Shown one piece after another: positions 1-12,873 of a stretch of 32,000 nucleotides of DNA. The translations under genes were made by a program, and so were the position numbers. The stretch is from NCBI RefSeq assembly GCF_000010065.1, contig NC_006576.1, positions 1,290,001-1,322,000 of the forward strand. Reading direction: 5' to 3'. The notes below the pieces were generated by a model. It made no database searches, was not told the DNA's origin, and was given only the letters and a program-made list of their open reading frames with translations. Origin of the DNA: Synechococcus elongatus PCC 6301. GTDB lineage: Bacteria; Cyanobacteriota; Cyanobacteriia; Synechococcales; Synechococcaceae. The stretch's first letter is position 1, and each line of letters starts with the position of its first letter.

Positions 1-50
1 CCATGGCTGGGTAATTCCGGTGGGGGAAGACTGCGAGAGAACGAAAAAGC

Positions 51-593
51 CTAGGCGGCCAAACTGATCGAAATCCGTTTCAGCTGGCCCCGCAGACTTG
101 CGTCGAGGACTTGAGAGCCAACTTTGATAATGACGCCGCCCAAAAGATCGGCATCGACTTGGCTCTCAATTTCCACACCCGCTGCGCCGGTGAGTTGTTT
201 CACCTTTTCGGTGATCACTTGCACTTGGGCTTCAGTCAGCGGCACGGCTGAAGAGACGTCTGCTCGTACCACGTTGCGAAGCTTACGCAGCAGAGCCTGG
301 TAGCGATCGGCAATGCCGTCCAAAAAGGCGATGCGATTGCGATCAACTAACAAATTGAGGAAGTTCAAGACCAAGGGATGAACTGAACTTCCAAACACTT
401 GGTTGAGAACCGCTTTTTTCTGGCTGGAAAACAAGGTTGGATTTTCCAACAGGTGGCGCAGATCAGCAGAAGCAGCCAAAGTGCTTCGGAATAGGGCTGC
501 ATCCTCGCCAAAGCGATCCTCTAGCCCTTGTTCGCGAGCGATCGCCATCAAGGCTTCCGCGTAGGGATCAAACAGTTGAGAAGTGCTCGTCAT
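51..593 (-). CDS. atpH: F0F1 ATP synthase subunit delta (OSCP)
   Basis: 180-aa ORF with delta/OSCP-type sequence (C-terminal ...[25 protein letters not shown]). It sits directly downstream of subunit b in the canonical cyanobacterial atp1-a-c-b'-b-delta-alpha order. In chloroplast-style naming this is atpD. Confidence 0.93.
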
Positions 594-602
594 GGCAAAG
601 TC

Positions 603-1157
603 CTAGAGCGTAGCCAAGCTGCGATCGATCAAGCGCTGTTGGGCGGCCTCATCCAACTGCTGAGACAGTTGCGTCTCAACCCGGCTCAAGGCTTGGGCAA
701 CTGCATAGCGGCGCAGTTCGTCCAGCACACGCTGTTGCTCAGTGCTGACATCTTGAGCAGCAGTGGCTTTCAAGCGTTCAACATCCGCAGCTGCTTTGTC
801 CAAAATTTCTTGGCGTACCGCTGCTGCACGGGCTTTGGCTTCAACCAACAGGCGAGCCGCTTCAGCTTCTGCCTCTTTCAGTTGGGTCTGAGCCTGGCTC
901 AGGGCTTGGGCAGACGATGCCAGCTTCTCTTCAACCTCACGGATTTCTGCTTCGATCGCAGCGCGACGGTTGCTGAGCAAATTGCCGAGGAAACCTCGAC
1001 CTGCATAGACCAAGAGACCAATGATGATCGCCAGGTTGATCAGGTTCGTTTCAAAGAGATCAAGATTGAGACCGAACCCAGAGGTCTCAGCATGCGCGAG
1101 CAAAATCCAAGAGGACATACTATCCACTACCCAAAACAATGCCGAACTCGGACTCAA
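603..1157 (-). CDS. atpF: F0F1 ATP synthase subunit b
   Basis: 184-aa ORF with one N-terminal TM helix (LINLAIIIGLLVYAG) followed by a long Ala/Glu/Gln-rich coiled coil typical of b subunits. It lies 9 nt upstream of delta. An alternative in-frame Met start is at 1118. Confidence 0.9.
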   Translation of the reverse strand: MSPSSALFWVVDSMSSWILLAHAETSGFGLNLDLFETNLINLAIIIGLLVYAGRGFLGNLLSNRRAAIEAEIREVEEKLASSAQALSQAQTQLKEAEAEAARLLVEAKARAAAVRQEILDKAAADVERLKATAAQDVSTEQQRVLDELRRYAVAQALSRVETQLSQQLDEAAQQRLIDRSLATL

Positions 1158-1161
1158 AAGC

Positions 1162-1638
1162 CTAAGCTCGGGCCAAGAGCTTATCGAGAATTTGATGGCT
1201 CAGGGCATCGACTTGCTGATCGAGCGCTTGCAAAGCAACCGCTTTCTGCTGGTCAATTTCCTGTTGCGCTTGCTCACGCTGGGCTTGAGCTTCACGCTGA
1301 GCTTCGGCCAGTTGCTGAGCAGCAATCCGACCAGCCTCAGTCTGGGCTTCAGCAATCAAAGCCTGAGACTGCTTGCGTGTAGCAGCAAGCTCCTGCTCGT
1401 ATTGTGCCGTCAAAGCCTTGACTTCTGCCAAACGAGCCTTGGCATCCTGCCGCCCGCCGCGAACAAATTGGTCGCGATCGTCGAGGACCTTGCCAAATGG
1501 TTTGTAGAAAACAGCGTTGAGTAGGAAGACCAAGACTAAGATTTGCACCGCCATCAAGGGCAGTGTGGCATCGAGGTCAAACAGGCCTCCTTCGGCTTCT
1601 TGAACGGCTTCTGCCGCAAGAATCATCCAAGCATTCAT
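1162..1638 (-). CDS. atpF2: F0F1 ATP synthase subunit b'
   Basis: 158-aa ORF with an N-terminal TM helix ([23 protein letters not shown]) and a coiled-coil tail. It occupies the position between c and b that is characteristic of the cyanobacterial/chloroplast b' subunit (atpG in chloroplast naming). Confidence 0.9.
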   Translation of the reverse strand: MNAWMILAAEAVQEAEGGLFDLDATLPLMAVQILVLVFLLNAVFYKPFGKVLDDRDQFVRGGRQDAKARLAEVKALTAQYEQELAATRKQSQALIAEAQTEAGRIAAQQLAEAQREAQAQREQAQQEIDQQKAVALQALDQQVDALSHQILDKLLARA

Positions 1639-1739
1639 GAGTACAGGCTCCGCCGGAAGGTCGGAGAACAGCGGTTAAAACCGCCCAATAACCCGCAGGT
1701 CCACAGCAAGGAGCTGTCAGGCAATTGAGCACAGAAGAG

Positions 1740-1767
1740 GGGGCGGCTCAACCCATGAGACCGCCCC
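1740..1767 (-). promoter_or_regulatory. GC-rich intra-operon stem-loop between the atp c and b' genes
   Basis: GGGGCGG (1740-1746) pairs perfectly with CCGCCCC (1761-1767) around a 14-nt loop. On the transcribed strand it lies about 15 nt after the c-subunit stop. There is no clean U tract, so it is not a canonical terminator. Confidence 0.35.
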
Positions 1768-1782
1768 GAAGGATAGCTAAGC

Positions 1783-2121
<339 letters not shown>

Positions 2122-2170
2122 TCAAGCAGACTCGGGGGTCAACCGCAAAATAGGCAGCGATCGCACTGCA

Positions 2171-2956
2171 CTACTCGGCGTGTTCCTCACCATGCTCTTC
2201 GACGGCTTCGCCGATGTATGACGCAGCCAAGGTTGCAAAGATCAACGCTTGAATCGCACTGGTAAACAAGCCCAGAATCATTGCTGGCAGCGGCACGAAG
2301 AGAGGCACCAACAGCACGAGAACCGCCACCACAAGTTCGTCTGCCAAGATGTTTCCAAACAGACGGAAGCTCAGGGATAAGGGTTTGGTGAAGTCCTCCA
2401 AAATTTTGAAGGGCAGCATCACCGGCGTGGGATGGACGTAGTTGCCAAAATATCCCAGCCCTTTGCGGCTGAAACCGGCGTAAAAGTACGCCAGCGAGGT
2501 CAATAGCGCGAGCGCTACGGTGGTGTTGATGTCACTGGTCGGGGCAGCCAATTCGCCCGAAGGGAGCTTGATCAGCTTCCAAGGGATGAGAGCGCCGGAC
2601 CAGTTGGACAGGAAAATAAACAGAAACAGGGTACCAATAAACGGAACCCAAGGACGATATTCCTTTTCGCCGATCTGGGTGCGGGCTAGGTTACGGATGA
2701 AGTCCAGAACGTACTCCATGAAATTCTGGAGGCCGCTGGGAATGCGCTGAAGATTGCGATTCGCCAGGAGAGACAGCACCACCAAGGCCGCGATCACGAA
2801 CCAAGAAGTCAAAAAGACCTGGCCGTGAAGCCGATAGTTGCCGATCTGCCAGTAAAAATGCTGGCCGACCTCGAGCTCGGCGAGAGGCAAAACTGACGAG
2901 AGTTCGAGTAGAGTCGGCATGGACATGAGGTCGGAAGGAAGGGTTGCGGAGCCCAT
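2171..2956 (-). CDS. atpB: F0F1 ATP synthase subunit a
   Basis: 261-aa polytopic ORF with the a-subunit signature ([18 protein letters not shown], containing the conserved Arg) and an N-terminal [18 protein letters not shown] segment typical of cyanobacterial subunit a. The start could be an internal Met at 2926 or 2920. In chloroplast naming this is atpI. Confidence 0.93.
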   Translation of the reverse strand: MGSATLPSDLMSMPTLLELSSVLPLAELEVGQHFYWQIGNYRLHGQVFLTSWFVIAALVVLSLLANRNLQRIPSGLQNFMEYVLDFIRNLARTQIGEKEYRPWVPFIGTLFLFIFLSNWSGALIPWKLIKLPSGELAAPTSDINTTVALALLTSLAYFYAGFSRKGLGYFGNYVHPTPVMLPFKILEDFTKPLSLSFRLFGNILADELVVAVLVLLVPLFVPLPAMILGLFTSAIQALIFATLAASYIGEAVEEHGEEHAE

Positions 2957-2981
2957 TTACATCCGCGATCGCGACTGCGTT

Positions 2982-3488
2982 TCAACTGTTTTCAGCAGTT
3001 GGGATCACAGCTCGCAGGGTGTACCAGATCAGGGCTGCTTTGTAGGTCAAAAAACCTAAAAAGACCGGCATCAGTTCCAGATATTGCCATCGTGCTGCTA
3101 AAACAATGAGCACCACGAAGAGCGCTAGACGTGATTTCCCAAACTGGCGACGGCGCTCACCAATCCGCTCAACCGCTTTCCCAAGCATCCGGAGGTAGAG
3201 AAGCCCACCCATTGCCCCCAGCAAATAGCTAGCAGCAGTGTTAAGGCTATAGGCCCACCAGACCGCTCCGAAAATAACGACTGTGCAAATTAACGTGACC
3301 TGCAACAGTTGACGCTGCAGCGCGTAGTACTCTGCCATCGAATCCGATTGAGGTTCAGTGACCGTTTCTGTTTCGGGTTCGGTTGCGGCTGAAGCAATCG
3401 CCTCGATCGCAGGATCCTGGACAGAACTTTCAGAGGAACTCACAGGTCGGACAGAACCGAGCGGTTCTGCTGGCAAAATATGGCGCAA
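2982..3488 (-). CDS. atp1: ATP synthase protein I (atp1, AtpI-like small membrane protein)
   Basis: First ORF of the operon. The C-terminal half is hydrophobic (about four TM segments), as in ATP synthase protein I. The N-terminal 50 residues are low-complexity Ser/Glu/Thr-rich, so the true start may be the internal Met at 3338 (MAEYYALQRQ...). Confidence 0.7.
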   Translation of the reverse strand: MRHILPAEPLGSVRPVSSSESSVQDPAIEAIASAATEPETETVTEPQSDSMAEYYALQRQLLQVTLICTVVIFGAVWWAYSLNTAASYLLGAMGGLLYLRMLGKAVERIGERRRQFGKSRLALFVVLIVLAARWQYLELMPVFLGFLTYKAALIWYTLRAVIPTAENS

Positions 3489-3524
3489 GCCAGGGGTAAT
3501 CCTATCACGCAGCGTTGCACTGTC

Positions 3525-4778
3525 CTACGTTTGCGCGGGCACGAGCAAAATCAGCTGCTGATCGATCAATTGGCGCACCGCCGCCAAGTCCAAAGAACTG
3601 GTTTGTAAGAGTTCGGCAACGGTCAGGGCTGAATCCAGCGGGCGATCGCATTGTTCTAGGAAGGCGTATTCCGCTTCGCTGAGGGTACGGGGCCGGTAGT
3701 CCGGGTCGAAGATGTCGCGACTGGGCCAGCCGTAGAGGCATTCGTTGCGCACCGGCTTGGCATGCAGCAGTTGATCGTTGTCCGACCAGTCGTACTGGGG
3801 CAGAGGCGATCGCCCCAGGAAAAACTCAAAGTGGGTGATTTCGGGGTCGAGTAATTCGATCAGCCGGTAGCGCTGCCATTTCGAGAGCGACTGAAAGCGA
3901 TCGCGCAGGGTATCTGAGCTGCCAAATAAGCGATCGGGCTGCCAGCGATCGCGATCGGAAAAGCCAAGGAAGGTGAGACCACTGCCTTCAATCCAGCGCC
4001 GCAGGGTTTCGGTGTTGTAGTCAATCTCTTGGGGATGGACATACATGTCGGCGAAGCATTCGTCACGCTGGTTTTCCAGTGCCCAGCGTTCTTCCTCCCG
4101 ACGCCGTAGTCGATTGTTGGCTGGCAGTTGACTGAAAATTTCCCGCCCGATCGCCACACCATCGCGATAGTCGCCGCGCCGCTCTCCCTGTAATAGGGCG
4201 ATCGCTTCTTGCATCTGCCGAATTTCAGCCCGACCAATCTCGGCATAGACAAAGATATGGAGGATGCCGCCCGGCGCGAGTTTGCTCGCCAAAGCAGCTA
4301 AGCCGCGATCGGGATCTTCGAGATGGTGCAACACCCCGACGCAGTTGATCTGATCAAACTCTCCCGGCAGTTGGGCGACGTCGTAAAGACTGAGCTGCTG
4401 GAAGTGGATGCGATCGGCAACGCCCGATCGCTGACAGCGTTCTTGGGCGACAGCGAGAGTACCGGCGCTGATATCGATCGCTGTAATCTCTGCGCTGGGA
4501 TTGAGGTGTGCGAGGTAGTCAGTACTCACACCGGTGCCACAACCCGCATCTAAAATGCGAGGCCGCCCCAACTGCGGTGCCCGTCCCGTGCAAAAGGCAT
4601 AGGCCGAGGGGTAATGCCAGCGCCAGTTGTAGCCCGGTGGTGGCCCATCCTGCATTGGTTCCGGTGGAAACGGATAGGCGTCGTAGAGCGCGGAAACAGC
4701 TTGGGTGACGGAGTCGGGCATGGCAGCAAAAAATGAGAAACGCGATCGCCCCAGCAGGGTCGAATCCATCAGCTTCAT
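3525..4778 (-). CDS. Class I SAM-dependent methyltransferase with a long C-terminal extension
   Basis: 417-aa ORF with SAM-binding motif I (ILDAGCGTGVST), post-I (AIDIS) and motif II/III-like segments (INCVGVLHHL, LAPGGIL). About 230 residues follow the Rossmann core and I could not assign them. An alternative Met start is at 4721 (MPDSVTQ...). Confidence 0.8.
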   Translation of the reverse strand: MKLMDSTLLGRSRFSFFAAMPDSVTQAVSALYDAYPFPPEPMQDGPPPGYNWRWHYPSAYAFCTGRAPQLGRPRILDAGCGTGVSTDYLAHLNPSAEITAIDISAGTLAVAQERCQRSGVADRIHFQQLSLYDVAQLPGEFDQINCVGVLHHLEDPDRGLAALASKLAPGGILHIFVYAEIGRAEIRQMQEAIALLQGERRGDYRDGVAIGREIFSQLPANNRLRRREEERWALENQRDECFADMYVHPQEIDYNTETLRRWIEGSGLTFLGFSDRDRWQPDRLFGSSDTLRDRFQSLSKWQRYRLIELLDPEITHFEFFLGRSPLPQYDWSDNDQLLHAKPVRNECLYGWPSRDIFDPDYRPRTLSEAEYAFLEQCDRPLDSALTVAELLQTSSLDLAAVRQLIDQQLILLVPAQT

Positions 4779-4968
4779 CGCCTGTCAGCTCGCGTCTCGA
4801 CAAGGCTGGCGACACATTTGTTAACAAAAAAGGGGTGCCGCCACGGCACGCTCTAATCTAAAACAAACCCTTCTCAATCCCGGTTTAATCTCGTCGGGTC
4901 GGGGCGTTTTGGGAATCTTCCATCGCTCTTCTCATTGCTCGACGGGTTCATCCTTCATAAGAACCTAG

Positions 4969-7101
<2,133 letters not shown>

Positions 7102-7125
7102 GCAATCGCCTCTCCTCAGATTCTG

Positions 7126-7167
7126 GCTGTGAGCGTTTGGGCAAAACCTAGACGCTCACAGCTTTTT
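7126..7167 (+). terminator. Rho-independent terminator after apcE
   Basis: Perfect 11-bp stem GCTGTGAGCGT (7126-7136) / ACGCTCACAGC (7152-7162) with a 15-nt loop, followed by TTTTT (7163-7167). It starts 25 nt after the apcE stop. Confidence 0.75.
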
Positions 7168-7466
7168 GGGCATTTAAAGAAAACTGAATTCCTTTATTAC
7201 AAACTGTTACGTCAATTTCTGTAGGGTTTCGACGATAGCGCAAAATGATTCCGAAAGGTAATTCGGACGCTGTTGCCGGCTACCTGCGCTCGCCCCCGAG
7301 AGGTGTCTCTCCTCCCGGTCAGGCTTCGGGAATTCTGACCGCCTCGGGTTCACGATCGCCTTGACGGTCCGAACGTGAACGGTTTGCCTGACTTCACGGT
7401 TTCCTCACTGAGGGCCAGGGTCGGTGGAGGCCAGTCTGGTTTCAAAATGCTTGGAGGAATCCATTA

Positions 7467-7952
7467 ATGAGTATCGTCTCGAAGTCCATCGTCAACGCTG
7501 ACGCCGAGGCGCGTTACCTAAGCCCTGGCGAACTGGAACGCATCAAAACCTTCGTTGTCGGTGGCGATCGTCGTCTGCGGATTGCGCAGACCATTGCTGA
7601 GTCCCGCGAGCGGATCGTCAAGCAAGCTGGCAACCAACTTTTCCAAAAGCGTCCTGACGTGGTTTCGCCCGGTGGCAATGCCTACGGTGAAGACATGACG
7701 GCCACCTGCCTGCGTGACCTCGACTACTACCTGCGTCTTGTGACCTACGGTGTAGTTTCGGGCGACATCACCCCGATTGAAGAAATCGGCATTGTCGGTG
7801 TCCGCGAAATGTACAAATCGCTAGGAACCCCCATCGAAGCTGTCGCTGAAGGCGTCCGTGAGCTGAAATCGGCTGCAACCGCCCTACTGACTGGTGAAGA
7901 CGCTGACGAAGCAGGCGCTTACTTTGACTACGTAATTGGCGCTCTCAGCTAA
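7467..7952 (+). CDS. apcA: Allophycocyanin alpha subunit
   Basis: 161-aa ORF with a canonical ApcA sequence ([27 protein letters not shown]..., chromophore Cys context [17 protein letters not shown]). A GGAGG is present upstream. Confidence 0.98.
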
Positions 7953-8008
7953 TTCAGTCTTTTAAGTCCCTTTGATTCGAACGCGACTTTTTCAAGGATT
8001 TTAGAAAG

Positions 8009-8494
8009 ATGCAAGACGCAATTACCGCTGTCATCAATGCTTCTGACGTCCAAGGTAAGTACCTGGACAGCTCAGCCCTCGATCGTCTCAAGAGCTACTT
8101 CCAAAGTGGCGAACTGCGCGTCCGTGCTGCAGCCACCATCAGTGCCAACTCGGCTCTGATCGTCAAAGAAGCAGTGGCTAAATCGCTGCTCTACTCAGAC
8201 ATCACCCGTCCCGGCGGCAACATGTACACCACCCGTCGCTATGCTGCTTGCATCCGCGACTTGGAGTACTACCTGCGCTACGCCACCTATGCCATGTTGG
8301 CTGGCGATACCTCGATCTTGGATGAGCGCGTGCTCAACGGTCTGAAAGAGACCTACAACAGTCTGGGCGTGCCGATCGGTGCAACCGTCCAAGCGATCCA
8401 AGCAATCAAAGAAGTCACTGCTAGCTTGGTCGGCCCCGACGCTGGTCGCGAAATGGGTGTCTACCTCGACTACATCAGCTCCGGCTTGAGCTAA
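8009..8494 (+). CDS. apcB: Allophycocyanin beta subunit
   Basis: 161-aa ORF with a canonical ApcB sequence ([20 protein letters not shown]..., [17 protein letters not shown]). It lies immediately after apcA. Confidence 0.98.
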
Positions 8495-8585
8495 GCATCC
8501 AGCTACTGAGTCTAGGGAATGGTGTTGAGCTCTCAGCCTCAGCCCTTTCCCTAGAACGATTAAGGGAACCCGGGAGAAACAAACA

Positions 8586-8789
8586 ATGCGGATGTTCCGA
8601 ATCACCGCTTGCTTGCCCAGCCCCAGCAAAATCCGGACTCAGCGCGAACTGCAAAACACCTTCTTTACGAAGCTCGTTCCATACGATGCTTGGTTTAGAG
8701 AGCAGCAGCGCATCCAAAAGCTGGGTGGCAAGATCATCAAGGTTGAATTGGCGACTGGCCGTCCGAATACCAATACCGGACTGCTCTAG
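8586..8789 (+). CDS. apcC: Phycobilisome small core linker LC7.8
   Basis: 67-aa ORF (MRMFRITACLPSPSKIRTQRELQNTFFTKLVPYD...) matching the ApcC/CpcD-like small linker. It holds the third position of the apcABC operon. Confidence 0.95.
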   Translation: MRMFRITACLPSPSKIRTQRELQNTFFTKLVPYDAWFREQQRIQKLGGKIIKVELATGRPNTNTGLL

Positions 8790-8815
8790 GTCTCAAAATT
8801 ATTGCAATCGAACCG

Positions 8816-8859
8816 ACTCTCGGTCTGACTCTTATAGTGAGTGTGCCGAGAGTTTTTTT
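8816..8859 (+). terminator. Rho-independent terminator after apcC
   Basis: 8-bp stem ACTCTCGG (8816-8823) / CCGAGAGT (8846-8853) with an additional inner 4-bp helix, followed by a T7 run ending at 8859. It overlaps the GTG at 8841 offered by the ORF track, which argues for the ftsW start at 8874. Confidence 0.7.
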
Positions 8860-8873
8860 ATGGCGATCGCCCT

Positions 8874-10058
8874 ATGAGTCTTGCCCTCCCCCAGTGGCTT
8901 ACCTTGGTGCCAACGGCAACTTGGAATCGGCCCGCACGACTCTTGCACTGGCTGACTTTTTTTTGGCTCGTCTGCGGGCTCTTGATTTTGTTGTCAGCCT
9001 CCTACGACCTGGCGCTGAATGAATCGGGCAATGGCTTTGCCTATTTGATTCGCCAAGGGGTGTGGCTGATTTTGGGCTTGCTGGGGTTTAGCTGGGCGAT
9101 CGCGACCCCCATTCAGCGTTTTGCCCGCTGGGCACCCTGGGGGATGGGCCTCTGCTTGGTGGGCTTAGCGCTCACTCTCGTTGCCGGTGCGACGATCAAC
9201 GGGGCTAGCCGGTGGCTCGTGATCGGGCCACTCCAAATCCAGCCTTCAGAACTGATGAAACCCTGCCTAATTTTGCAGGGCGCCGTTGTTTTCGGTAGTT
9301 GGTTTCGCCTCAGCTGGGCCCAGCGGGGATTTTGGCTGGCGATGTTCTTGCTGACCCTCGGCATCATTCTCAAGCAACCGAACCTGAGTACAGCAACTCT
9401 TTGCGGCAGCCTGCTGTGGATCATTGCGCTTGCTGCCGGTTTACCCCTCGCTCAGCTCCTGTTGACAGTGATTGGCGGCGGCGCAATCGGGGTGGTCAGC
9501 GTCTTCCGCAATAGCTACCAAATGGAACGGATTCTCTCCTTCCTCAACCCCTGGCGGGACCCCCTCGACAAGAGCTATCAGCTGGTTCAAAGTCTGCTGG
9601 CGATCGGCTCGGGGGGAACTTGGGGTACAGGCTACGGGCTCTCGGTGCAGAAGCTGTCCTACCTGCCAATTCAGAACACCGACTTCATCTTTGCGGTCTA
9701 TGCCGAAGAGTTTGGCTTGGTTGGCAGCCTGCTGTTCCTGCTCTTTCTTTGCTGCTTCGGAACGGTTGGCTTTTGGGTGGCCCTGCGATCGCGGCGGGTC
9801 TTAAATCAGCTTGTGGCCACGGGCTGTACCACGCTGCTAGTCCTGCAATCCTTGCTCAATATCGGGGTAGCTTCGGGTGCTCTGCCAACCACAGGCTTGC
9901 CCTTGCCTTTCATCAGCTACGGCGGCAATGCCCTGCTCTCGAGCCTGTTCGTAGCGGGCCTGTTGATCCGTGTGGCACTAGAAATGGATGAGGAAATCGC
10001 TAACAGCCCTGGGCCAACCACTCCTCTCAAAACAATACGGCGGCGATCGCCGGCCTAG
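8874..10058 (+). CDS. ftsW: SEDS-family peptidoglycan polymerase (FtsW/RodA)
   Basis: Polytopic membrane ORF with SEDS hallmarks (QPSELMKP, QLVQSLLAIGSGGTWGTGYG, LPIQNTDFIFAVYAEEFGLVG, GLPLPFISYGGNALL). I chose the Met at 8874 because the apc terminator covers 8841. I cannot separate FtsW from RodA on sequence alone. Confidence 0.85.
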   Translation: MSLALPQWLTLVPTATWNRPARLLHWLTFFWLVCGLLILLSASYDLALNESGNGFAYLIRQGVWLILGLLGFSWAIATPIQRFARWAPWGMGLCLVGLALTLVAGATINGASRWLVIGPLQIQPSELMKPCLILQGAVVFGSWFRLSWAQRGFWLAMFLLTLGIILKQPNLSTATLCGSLLWIIALAAGLPLAQLLLTVIGGGAIGVVSVFRNSYQMERILSFLNPWRDPLDKSYQLVQSLLAIGSGGTWGTGYGLSVQKLSYLPIQNTDFIFAVYAEEFGLVGSLLFLLFLCCFGTVGFWVALRSRRVLNQLVATGCTTLLVLQSLLNIGVASGALPTTGLPLPFISYGGNALLSSLFVAGLLIRVALEMDEEIANSPGPTTPLKTIRRRSPA

Positions 10059-10077
10059 ACCTCGATAAAATCGAGGC

Positions 10078-10836
10078 ATGTTCGACACTTTTGCCAGATG
10101 GTTTGAGGGGCTGGAAACCCTGCTCTTCCAGCTCAGCCTTTGGGCCGAAACCCTTGTCAATAGTCAGCTCCAGCATCCGGGACTGCCAACTTTTGCAATC
10201 GTCTGGGTGGCAGGTTTGGCGACGAGTTTGACACCCTGCACCCTCTCGATGCTGCCAGTCACCTTTGCCTATTTGGGGGGCTACAGTGAGGGCGATCGCG
10301 CCCAGAGTCTGCGCCAATCCGGTCTGTTCTGTCTGGGCTTGGCCACGACGCTGATGGGGCTGGGTCTGAGTGCAGCCGTGCTTGGGCGGATCTATGGCCA
10401 GATTGGCTGGGGTCTGACCTTGGCCTCTAGCCTGATTGCGATCGTGATGGGCTTGAATCTGCTGGAGCTGCTGCCCCTAAGGCTACCGGGCCTGAACACC
10501 ACAAGCTGGCTCCAGGAGGAATGGCCGATTGACCTGCGCGCCTATCTTTTGGGTCTGACCTTTGGCTTGGTAGCGTCTCCCTGCAGTACACCAGTCCTAG
10601 CTACTCTACTTGCTTGGGTGGCGGCCAGTGGCCAAGTACAACTCGGGGCTGCTCTTTTGGGTACCTATGCGCTGGGTTCCGTCCTACCGCTCCTCCTAGC
10701 CGGTCTCCTCGCCGCTTCCCTGCGTCAGTTGTTGGCCCTGCGACAATGGTCGGCTTGGCTGACGCCCACCAGTGGCGTTGTCCTCATCGGTTTTGGTGTT
10801 CTGACGCTGCTCCTTCGTCTGCCAATTAACGCATGA
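10078..10836 (+). CDS. ccdA: Cytochrome c biogenesis thiol-disulfide transporter CcdA (DsbD-beta family)
   Basis: 252-aa ORF with six TM segments and the two conserved Cys-in-membrane motifs ([11 protein letters not shown] and [10 protein letters not shown]). Confidence 0.88.
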   Translation: MFDTFARWFEGLETLLFQLSLWAETLVNSQLQHPGLPTFAIVWVAGLATSLTPCTLSMLPVTFAYLGGYSEGDRAQSLRQSGLFCLGLATTLMGLGLSAAVLGRIYGQIGWGLTLASSLIAIVMGLNLLELLPLRLPGLNTTSWLQEEWPIDLRAYLLGLTFGLVASPCSTPVLATLLAWVAASGQVQLGAALLGTYALGSVLPLLLAGLLAASLRQLLALRQWSAWLTPTSGVVLIGFGVLTLLLRLPINA

Positions 10837-12203
10837 CCTCTGATCCTCTGGCCTCACCCTCCTTTGCCGATCGCTGGCGGCGGGGTCAACAGTTGTTTTG
10901 GACCTGGCTGGCCGATCTGCGTCTCGCGATCCTGCTGCTGCTAGCGATCGCGATCGCCAGTGCCACAGGTACCGTGATTGAGCAGGGGCAGAGTCTTGCC
11001 TTCTATCAAGAGAACTACCCCACCGATCCTGCCCTGTTTGGCTTTCTGTCGTGGCGCTGGATTCTGAGCCTTGGCCTTGACCATGTCTACCGAGCGGGCT
11101 GGTTCCTAGGGTTGCTCATTCTCTTTGGTGCCAGCCTCACGGCCTGTACTTTTCGTCGCCAATGGCCCGCCCTGCGGGCTGCCCAGCGTTGGCAGTTCTA
11201 TCAAGAGCCTCGGCAATTTACCAAGCTTGCACTCAGTGCCAGCCTGCCTCAGGGCAAACTCGACAGTTTGGAACCGCTACTGCTGCAACGCCGCTACCGT
11301 CTCTTTCGGGCAGATGATGTCCTCTATGCTCGCCGAGGTCTGGCCGGACGAGTCGGTCCGATCTTGGTGCATGCCGGCATGCTGGTGGTGCTAGGGGGCG
11401 CCATCTGGGGCTCCTTGGGGGGATTTTATGCCCAGGAGATGATTCCAAGCGGCGAGACGTTTCAGGTTCGGAATATTGTCGATGCCGGCCCTTGGAGTGG
11501 CAGTCGTATTCCTCAGGATTGGGCAGTTAAGGTCAATCGCTTTTGGATTGACTATGCTCCCGACGGTCGCATCGATCAGTTCTACTCGGATCTGTCCGTA
11601 GTCGATCGCGAGGGACAAGAGCAAGATCGCCAGACAATTCACGTCAATCAACCCTTGCGCTACGGTGGTCTGACCTTTTATCAGGCCGACTGGGCAATCG
11701 CGGCAGCCCAAGTGCGCCTTAACAATAGCCCTGTCCTACAACTACCCATGGCGCAGCTCCCTGCGGCGGGTCGCATCTGGGGGACTTTTGTCCCCACAAA
11801 ACCTGATCTCAGCAGTGGGGTCTCACTGATCGCCAAGGATCTACAGGGGACAGCGGTTATCTACGGCAGCAATGGCGAACCCCTAGGCACCCTGCGCAAA
11901 GGCATGGCGATCGAAGTCGAGGGCATCCGTCTCAGCTTGGTCGACCTAGTCGGCAGTACCGGCCTGCAGATCAAGTCTGATCCGGGGATTCCCTGGGTCT
12001 ATGCCGGCTTCCTGTTTGTGATGGTGGGCGTGGTTTGCAGCTACGTCTCCCACGCGCAGGTCTGGGCTCTAGAGCAGGACGGTCAGCTGTATATTGGTGG
12101 CCGGAGCAATCGCGCCTTGGTGGCGTTCGAGCAGGAAATGCTAGCCGTTCTCGCTCAGCTGGATGCACAAAGTAATCACTCAGCAGAAACTGCGATCGCC
12201 TGA
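10833..12203 (+). CDS. ccsB: System II cytochrome c biogenesis protein Ccs1/CcsB (ResB-like)
   Basis: 456-aa ORF with ResB-like topology: N-terminal TM helices, a large soluble loop and a C-terminal TM helix. Its start overlaps the ccdA stop in an ATGA, which suggests translational coupling. Confidence 0.88.
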   Translation: MTSDPLASPSFADRWRRGQQLFWTWLADLRLAILLLLAIAIASATGTVIEQGQSLAFYQENYPTDPALFGFLSWRWILSLGLDHVYRAGWFLGLLILFGASLTACTFRRQWPALRAAQRWQFYQEPRQFTKLALSASLPQGKLDSLEPLLLQRRYRLFRADDVLYARRGLAGRVGPILVHAGMLVVLGGAIWGSLGGFYAQEMIPSGETFQVRNIVDAGPWSGSRIPQDWAVKVNRFWIDYAPDGRIDQFYSDLSVVDREGQEQDRQTIHVNQPLRYGGLTFYQADWAIAAAQVRLNNSPVLQLPMAQLPAAGRIWGTFVPTKPDLSSGVSLIAKDLQGTAVIYGSNGEPLGTLRKGMAIEVEGIRLSLVDLVGSTGLQIKSDPGIPWVYAGFLFVMVGVVCSYVSHAQVWALEQDGQLYIGGRSNRALVAFEQEMLAVLAQLDAQSNHSAETAIA

Positions 12204-12294
12204 CGTTTCGTAACAGGTTGCCTGTCTAGCCTAGCTTTTGCCTGATCTTTCAGCAGTGGCTGATTAAAATGTAGACAGCGAATTTTCGATTGCT

Positions 12295-12308
12295 GTAGCA
12301 GTAACTAC
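12295..12308 (+). promoter_or_regulatory. NtcA-type binding site (GTA-N8-TAC) upstream of glnB
   Basis: Exact GTAgcagtaacTAC at 12295-12308, centred about 95 nt upstream of the glnB start codon. A weak -10-like TACCAA lies about 23 nt downstream. NtcA control of glnB in S. elongatus is established knowledge. Confidence 0.6.
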
Positions 12309-12348
12309 AACTGTGGTCTAGTCAGCGGTGTTACCAAAGAGTCGCTGA

Positions 12349-12735
<387 letters not shown>

Positions 12736-12873
12736 GTCAGCGTCGACAACAGCAGGTGTATTGCTGGAGCAGTTAGAGGCCAGCGATCACAAAACGTTAG
12801 CAAGAGAGTTCAGTTGTTTTGAGGTCAGTTAATGCTGACAGGAAACCACTGGGCTCTTTTGTTGTTCTGGGCA

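Noticed and set aside
1-4. Possible ATG (minus strand, 4..2) that could be the start of atpA downstream of atpH
   Set aside because: Only four nucleotides are inside the window, so nothing can be verified beyond operon-order expectation.
528-1382. 284-aa plus-strand ORF (and the 167-aa ORF at 1021..1524) spanning atpH/atpF/atpF2
   Set aside because: They are antisense to three well-supported atp genes. The product is low-complexity Gln/Leu/Ala/Arg-rich, as expected from the reverse complement of coiled-coil coding sequence. There is no RBS.
12736-12873. Looked for a bidirectional terminator between the convergent glnB and galE genes
   Set aside because: I found only short 5-bp stems (CAGCA/TGCTG and GTCAG/CTGAC) without U tracts, which is not enough to call a terminator.
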